This document shows, one piece after another, positions 18,596 to 25,865 of a stretch of DNA of 25,865 bases. Source of the DNA: a virus. Lineage: Duplodnaviria; Caudoviricetes. Below the pieces are notes generated by a model. It ran no database searches and was not told the origin of the DNA. It saw only the letters and a list, made by a program, of their open reading frames with translations. The translations under genes and the position numbers were made by a program. Position 1 is the first letter of the stretch, and every line of letters starts with the position of its first letter. The DNA lies in IMG/VR virus record IMGVR_UViG_3300033516_000097, positions 1-25,865 of that record; one strand, given 5' to 3'.

Positions 18596-18637
18596 ATACC
18601 ACCCTAAGTAGTTTTTCTACTTAGGGTGGTATGTTTT
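18596..18637 (+). terminator. Intrinsic terminator
   Basis: 16-bp inverted repeat ATACCACCCTAAGTAG (18596-18611) / CTACTTAGGGTGGTAT (18617-18632), followed by GTTTT. Confidence 0.75.
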
Positions 18638-18662
18638 GATGCATTTTTCAAAAGGAGTTGTC

Positions 18663-20450
18663 ATGCCAGTTATCAGTTTAACACTAGATGAAACTAACAG
18701 AAGTATATTCTCTAGTGTTTATTTTAAGATCATCGAAGATATTGTCACTGCTATTAAAGTGCCTCACAGCTCTCTTGTCGTTGTTCATAAAGACACAGAG
18801 ACAACACTGACTGATAATAAAAGTAATGCTACAGGACTACAACAGGACAACTTACCTTCTACTATTTCTAAGCGTAAAGTCATAGCCACTATCACCGAGA
18901 ACTATAATGAGGATACATTAACAACTACCGCTGTTCATCAACTAGATAATTACCCTATTTTCATTGACCACGATATAGACGTAGTTGTTTATCCTATTTA
19001 TGTTAAAAGTGATATCGATATAGAATTTAATTATACAACGTCTTCTAAAGCAGAAGCCAATAGGGTTAGAGATGATTTAAGGATACGTCTATCTCAAACC
19101 AGAAATATCACGATGCATGATATCGAGTATGATATCATTATTCCTGAAGTGGTAGAAGACTTCATTACTGAAGTGCATACACTTAAAAATAGACTAGTTC
19201 CACAAAGTTTAGAAGATTACTTTAGGGATAATAGCACTAAAAGAATTCACCTCTTAACTGATATGGCTAATACAAGTAATGCTCGTTTAGCTATCAATGA
19301 GAAACAGGTAAGAATAGTTGGTTTATTTGATTTTTCTTCTATGCCTGAAAAACTTGACATTGATAATGATAACAATAACTATAAGGTTAGTTTTACTTAT
19401 AAGATGTCTTTTGATGTTCCAAGAGCTATGGCTATTAGATATCCTGTTATGATATGTAATAGAACTCTTCCTTCTAAATACATTCAATTTATAGCGGATA
19501 ACAAAACTAATTCTCAACAAGAGTATAAAAGAGAATTAGGGTACACTAACTCTCTTGGAGCACTATCGCACTTTGAAGCACATAGACAATTAGAAAACAG
19601 AGTGGATGTCAATCTTCCTATTAACATTCCTTTGTTTGATGATTTTAACACTAGAGTAGGACATAAAGGTTATGGTATCATTACTTCATTTTTAACTGAT
19701 GTTAACGAGACTGATAAGAAAACTTTATTTAATTTAAGAGAATTAGATCCCTACTATATACAAGAAGATGTATTGAATTTTATTTTAAATGGCGAGAAAC
19801 GATATATTGTTAATCCTTTCATGTCATTTTTTTATTTTGGTTTATACCAAGATGGAAGACATTACGATAATAACATACTTGAAATAGATGATAATTTAAA
19901 CATTAAATCTAAAGTAGAACTTTCTTTATTTAAACCTGTAAGAGTTACTCTTAGTATTATTTTAGATATCACTGCTTTAGATTCAGGTGCTATAGATAGA
20001 TTACTTCTTAACCTAAATGTTTTATATATTTTTCTTAGTGAGTATATAAGAGCTTATAATAACTTTAAAACTGAAAACTCAACCAGTGTTATACCTGATG
20101 CTACATTTAATATGATATTTGTTAAGTTGTTAAATTCACTTATGTTAGTAGATAACCTTATTGGCATCAAAGGTGTTTTAGATGTTTTAAGAGATGACAA
20201 GTATATATTTAATGGTTTATTAGGAACATTGGAAGTTAGCTATCCAAATATGTTAAGATATTTAATGACTAATAATGTACCTACTACCGTAGTCAGTAAA
20301 ATAGACGGAACAAACTATAATGTATTAAGACCTCTAGTGAGTGATTTAGATATGTCATTAAGCACTAAGAAAGTAAATTACGGTGAAGAAATAAACATCA
20401 TGAAAACTGTTATGACTCATTATATAGTTGCTTTAAGAATGCAGCATTAA
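18663..20450 (+). CDS. Virion structural protein, possible tail terminator/neck protein (phiKZ gp98-like); start corrected to 18663
   Basis: AAGGAG RBS 5 nt before ATG 18663 gives 595 aa. PIYVKSDIDIEFNYTTSSKAEANRVRDDL resembles the T4 gp15-like beta-strand/helix motif. Function is an inference. Confidence 0.55.
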   Translation: MPVISLTLDETNRSIFSSVYFKIIEDIVTAIKVPHSSLVVVHKDTETTLTDNKSNATGLQQDNLPSTISKRKVIATITENYNEDTLTTTAVHQLDNYPIFIDHDIDVVVYPIYVKSDIDIEFNYTTSSKAEANRVRDDLRIRLSQTRNITMHDIEYDIIIPEVVEDFITEVHTLKNRLVPQSLEDYFRDNSTKRIHLLTDMANTSNARLAINEKQVRIVGLFDFSSMPEKLDIDNDNNNYKVSFTYKMSFDVPRAMAIRYPVMICNRTLPSKYIQFIADNKTNSQQEYKRELGYTNSLGALSHFEAHRQLENRVDVNLPINIPLFDDFNTRVGHKGYGIITSFLTDVNETDKKTLFNLRELDPYYIQEDVLNFILNGEKRYIVNPFMSFFYFGLYQDGRHYDNNILEIDDNLNIKSKVELSLFKPVRVTLSIILDITALDSGAIDRLLLNLNVLYIFLSEYIRAYNNFKTENSTSVIPDATFNMIFVKLLNSLMLVDNLIGIKGVLDVLRDDKYIFNGLLGTLEVSYPNMLRYLMTNNVPTTVVSKIDGTNYNVLRPLVSDLDMSLSTKKVNYGEEINIMKTVMTHYIVALRMQH

Positions 20451-20456
20451 CAGTTG

Positions 20457-20496
20457 TTCCAGATACAGCATTACAGCTGTATCTGGAATTTCTTTT
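20457..20496 (+). terminator. Intrinsic terminator
   Basis: 13-bp inverted repeat TTCCAGATACAGC (20457-20469) / GCTGTATCTGGAA (20476-20488), then TTTCTTTT. Confidence 0.75.
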
Positions 20497-20520
20497 CAAT
20501 TACATATATAATACATGTAA
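20490..20520 (+). promoter_or_regulatory. Third copy of the promoter core (no hairpin leader) upstream of the ligase
   Basis: TTCTTTTCAATTACATATATAATACATGTAA matches the TTCTTTT..TTACATATATA-n5-TGTAA core at 6473 and 22675. Confidence 0.65.
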
Positions 20521-22668
<2,148 letters not shown>

Positions 22669-22673
22669 CTGAA

Positions 22674-22763
22674 ATTCTTTTGGTTACATATATATTAGTT
22701 GTAAGTAGCTACTGTTTGTTTTACATCTACTGTAGATGTAAGCAGTGGCTGTTAATAGGAGAT
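22674..22763 (+). promoter_or_regulatory. Conserved promoter plus structured 5' leader, copy 2
   Basis: 79/90 nt identical to 6472-6561; inner stem TTACATCTA/TAGATGTAA, outer stem AGCTACTG/CAGTGGCT. Confidence 0.8.
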
Positions 22764-22770
22764 AGTTATT

Positions 22771-23073
22771 ATGGCTAAGACTAATGGTATTGTTGTGAAT
22801 GTTACCGCAAAAAAAGAAAAAGTTGCTAAGAACTTAGTGAGTGTACAAACATCACTAAGTTTTGCTTTTGATGTCCTTGACGCTTTAAACAAGGATGGTA
22901 TTTTCGATCAAGAGGATAACGCTGGACTTTACGGGATTTATGCTCAGGGCAACACTGGGTATGTAAAAGTACCTGCCTGGGTTTCACTGGTACATCTCCA
23001 AACTCTCGAAACAGAAGTTGAGTTATCTGTCGAGATTGGGGATGAAGAAACAAAGATCAGTTTTGTACTTTAA
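22771..23073 (+). CDS. Hypothetical protein (likely early gene)
   Basis: 100-aa ORF with AGGAGA RBS, its own promoter/leader and terminator; no motif recognised. Confidence 0.75.
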   Translation: MAKTNGIVVNVTAKKEKVAKNLVSVQTSLSFAFDVLDALNKDGIFDQEDNAGLYGIYAQGNTGYVKVPAWVSLVHLQTLETEVELSVEIGDEETKISFVL

Positions 23074-23083
23074 AAACTAACTC

Positions 23084-23121
23084 AAAGAAAAGGCCTAACC
23101 GCCTTTTCTTTTTTCTTTTTT
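23084..23121 (+). terminator. Intrinsic terminator
   Basis: AAAGAAAAGGC-CTAACC-GCCTTTTCTTT followed by a long T-tract. Confidence 0.85.
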
Positions 23122-23155
23122 AAAATTCTGTGAAGCTTTACAAAAGGAACGTTCT

Positions 23156-24529
23156 ATGGCTATCGTTAAATTACAACCAGATCAATCACCACCTATAGTA
23201 GTTAACACTCCAGAAACAATACAGGAGCCAAGTAAGTCTATTTTCACTTCACTGGTTCCTGAATCAACTATTATTTCACTTCTTAAGTACACAGAAGGTT
23301 ACCCATGGAGTATTAATTATTACGGTCAACTTCTCAACGTTAATAACACACTAGAGAACTTTGATCCAACAACACCTAATCTAACACAACCATATTACTG
23401 TGTATCTGATATGGTTATACAAGTCTCTTCTCCTCTTAATAGTAACTATGACGCTAATACAGGAGTTACTTCAGTTAACGGTGTAGCGGTAATGCCATAT
23501 AAGATAACGCCTAACGTAGGTGATGTCTTTATAGCTAAAGTAGATAACGGTGAAGATGCTATCTTTATTATAACAACTGTTTCAAGAAAAACTTACAGAA
23601 AAGACACTCTGTATGAAGTCTCTTACAATTTATACGCTTACACTTCAGCCAACCCAACTTTTATTCCAATCTTAGAGCAAAGAGTTCAAGACACTTATTT
23701 CTTTAACAAAGACACTGATTTCTTTAACAGAGATGTTCTTATTAAACCAAGTGTTAAAGAAGCTACTGATAGACTTAATGTATTTTTAAGAGAGTCGCAA
23801 GAGCACTATTTTGCCATCTTTGCTCAAAAAGAAATAGGTGGTATCACTATACCTGGTATGGGTAATACTGTTTACGACCCACTTCTTATTAGTTTTATTA
23901 GTAAGACTGTTGACTACAACACTCTTGTAGATATTCCGTTTTATAAGTTCAGTCATAGCAACAATAGATATATAGAGCAAAAGAGTATGTTTGATGTGTT
24001 ACTAACTAGAAGCACGTCTCTTCTTTCGACGATCAATAAAACTTATAACTTTGTTCCTACTAGTAGTATACCTAATAAAGCAAGACTAGGTACTTTATGG
24101 CACACTGGTGTAGAGTATGTATTATTTCCTATGAATCCTAATAAGGATATGGAAATTACTGACATGACTTTAACGGCAACAGATATGCCAGTTATACCTC
24201 AATTAAAGAATTCTAAAAATTACAGTATGCCTGTTCCTCCTATCACCATTCAAACAAAGAACAACAATGAACTCTTTACTAAGCCTCTTTTACATGAACT
24301 ATTCGTTAATGACTCCTACGTTGTGTCTAATAACTTCTATAACTATTTAACAGATAATACTACATATGAAAGTATAAGTTACATTGAGTTTTTGATCTAT
24401 AAGTTTATCAACAGAGAAGCTATTGCTAAAGAGGATTTGTGTGTAGCTCTTGAAAGCTATACTAGTTGGTCACTTATGCATAAGCTTTATATTTTGCCTT
24501 TGCTTTGGCAGCTTGTGGTTAATTGCTAA
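23156..24529 (+). CDS. Virion structural protein, possible neck/head-tail adaptor (phiKZ gp99-like)
   Basis: 457 aa with AAGGAA RBS. PNVGDVFIA...AIFIITTV resembles the P-x-x-GD...F-x-I-x-x-V motif of T4 gp14-like head-closure proteins. Function is an inference. Confidence 0.55.
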   Translation: MAIVKLQPDQSPPIVVNTPETIQEPSKSIFTSLVPESTIISLLKYTEGYPWSINYYGQLLNVNNTLENFDPTTPNLTQPYYCVSDMVIQVSSPLNSNYDANTGVTSVNGVAVMPYKITPNVGDVFIAKVDNGEDAIFIITTVSRKTYRKDTLYEVSYNLYAYTSANPTFIPILEQRVQDTYFFNKDTDFFNRDVLIKPSVKEATDRLNVFLRESQEHYFAIFAQKEIGGITIPGMGNTVYDPLLISFISKTVDYNTLVDIPFYKFSHSNNRYIEQKSMFDVLLTRSTSLLSTINKTYNFVPTSSIPNKARLGTLWHTGVEYVLFPMNPNKDMEITDMTLTATDMPVIPQLKNSKNYSMPVPPITIQTKNNNELFTKPLLHELFVNDSYVVSNNFYNYLTDNTTYESISYIEFLIYKFINREAIAKEDLCVALESYTSWSLMHKLYILPLLWQLVVNC

Positions 24530-24559
24530 ATTATATGAGAACTTTATATAGGTGATAAA

Positions 24560-25672
24560 TTGGTAACACAAGAAGAATTTATAAATAGAGCGATTGAAAT
24601 TCATGGTAATAAATATGATTATAGTAAAACGAAATTTAATGGATTCTTAAGAAAAATAAAAATAAACTGTAAAGTTCACGGAGAATTTGAACAATATCCA
24701 CAACACCATTTGAGAGGAAGTGGTTGTAGTTACTGTGTTAATATGGTTAGATTGACTAATCAACAATTCATAGATAAAGCTAAATCTGTTCATGGTGATA
24801 AATATAGTTATTTTAAAACTGAATTTAAAGCACTTAAAATGAATATAACTATAACATGTCCTATTCATGGTGACTTTGAACAAAGATCAGATGTACATAT
24901 AAATGGATCTGGTTGTCACGATTGTTTTAGTGACAGTAGAAAAAGTAATATGATTGAATTTATAGAAAAAGCTAGAGAAGTACATGGTGACAAATATGAT
25001 TATAGTAAAATCAACTATATAAATAAAGAAACCAAGATAATTATAATCTGCCCTGTTCATGGTAGTTTTCAACAACGACCTGGTTCTCATTTATCTGGAT
25101 CTGGTTGCAATAAATGCGGAGAAGATAGAACAAGATTACTACAAGACGAATTTATCACTAAAGCTAAATTAGTACATAATAATAGGTACAATTATGACAA
25201 AGTTAATTATATAAATACTAAGACTAGTGTCACTATTATATGTCCAATTCATGGTGAGTTTGAACAAATACCTAATAGACACTTAGCTGGAGCTGGGTGT
25301 TTTATTTGTAAAGCGTCTAAAGGTGAACTAGCTATAAAAGCTATACTAGATAAACACAACATAGAACATGTACAAGAATATCGTATACCTGAAGTTATAG
25401 CTAGACTTTCTTATGATTTTTACATTCCGAAATATAGTCTACTTATAGAATTTCATGGCAAACAACACTATGAATATATACCACATTTTCACTATAATGA
25501 TGAAGATAATTTTTTAAAGCAAAAGAACAGAGATGACATGATTAGAAGTAATGCTAGTCAGTTTAAATATAGATACTTAGAGTTTAACTACAAACAACTT
25601 AAACACATGAGTAAAGATGAGTTTGAAGAGTTAGTAATAAATAAAATTAATTTATTTAAAAAGAAAGGTTAA
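24560..25672 (+). CDS. Homing-endonuclease-like protein (element E4): 4 zinc-binding repeats plus Vsr/DUF559-like nuclease
   Basis: TTG start after AGGTGA RBS; four repeats plus IEFHGKQH domain. A 41-nt exact match to E3 (25316-25356 vs 18217-18257). Confidence 0.8.
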   Translation: MVTQEEFINRAIEIHGNKYDYSKTKFNGFLRKIKINCKVHGEFEQYPQHHLRGSGCSYCVNMVRLTNQQFIDKAKSVHGDKYSYFKTEFKALKMNITITCPIHGDFEQRSDVHINGSGCHDCFSDSRKSNMIEFIEKAREVHGDKYDYSKINYINKETKIIIICPVHGSFQQRPGSHLSGSGCNKCGEDRTRLLQDEFITKAKLVHNNRYNYDKVNYINTKTSVTIICPIHGEFEQIPNRHLAGAGCFICKASKGELAIKAILDKHNIEHVQEYRIPEVIARLSYDFYIPKYSLLIEFHGKQHYEYIPHFHYNDEDNFLKQKNRDDMIRSNASQFKYRYLEFNYKQLKHMSKDEFEELVINKINLFKKKG

Positions 25673-25675
25673 ATA

Positions 25676-25865
25676 ATGACACTATTTTATAGCGAACACG
25701 CTTCTCTTATATGGGATCGGCTTTACACTGTACTTGTCCCAGATCACTTAACAATGAATCCTGATTATGTTCGTAAGTTTGGTGTGCCATTGTCTGGTAA
25801 TAAACAAGTAGACGCCATGATGTCTGTCAACTTTACAACTGTCAAAATTAATGTTGCCCGTATCT
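25676..25865 (+). CDS. 5' part of a hypothetical protein (phiKZ gp100 position), truncated by the window edge
   Basis: ATG at 25676 after AAGG; open to the end: MTLFYSEHASLIWDRLYTVLVPDHLTMNPDYVRKFGVPLSGNKQVD... Not in the supplied ORF track. Confidence 0.7.
   Translation, partial: MTLFYSEHASLIWDRLYTVLVPDHLTMNPDYVRKFGVPLSGNKQVDAMMSVNFTTVKINVARI

Overview
AT-rich (about 30% GC by eye), gene-dense segment that looks like the virion-morphogenesis region of a phiKZ-like jumbo phage. From memory, protein sizes and order resemble phiKZ gp87-gp100; this was not checked by a search. It encodes baseplate-like and tail-tube-like proteins on the minus strand, then inner-head proteins with acidic propeptides and S/A/G-x-E prohead-protease sites, then neck/tail-terminator-like proteins. 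Accessory genes are interspersed: a nucleotidyltransferase-GNAT fusion, an HExxH metallopeptidase-like protein, an NAD-dependent DNA ligase and a small unknown protein. The most striking signal is four related free-standing endonuclease genes, each with 3-5 tandem CxxH...CxxC zinc-binding repeats and a Vsr/DUF559-like nuclease domain. All four sit at structural-gene boundaries. Three are bracketed by direct duplications of the neighbouring gene's first or last codons (26, 10 and 25 bp exact), which leave the host gene intact and strand a 'ghost' terminus on the other side. Separately, a 90-nt promoter plus structured leader with a compensatory base-pair change precedes two unrelated small genes 16 kb apart, and both genes end in similar terminators. 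No rRNA, tRNA or CRISPR array was seen.
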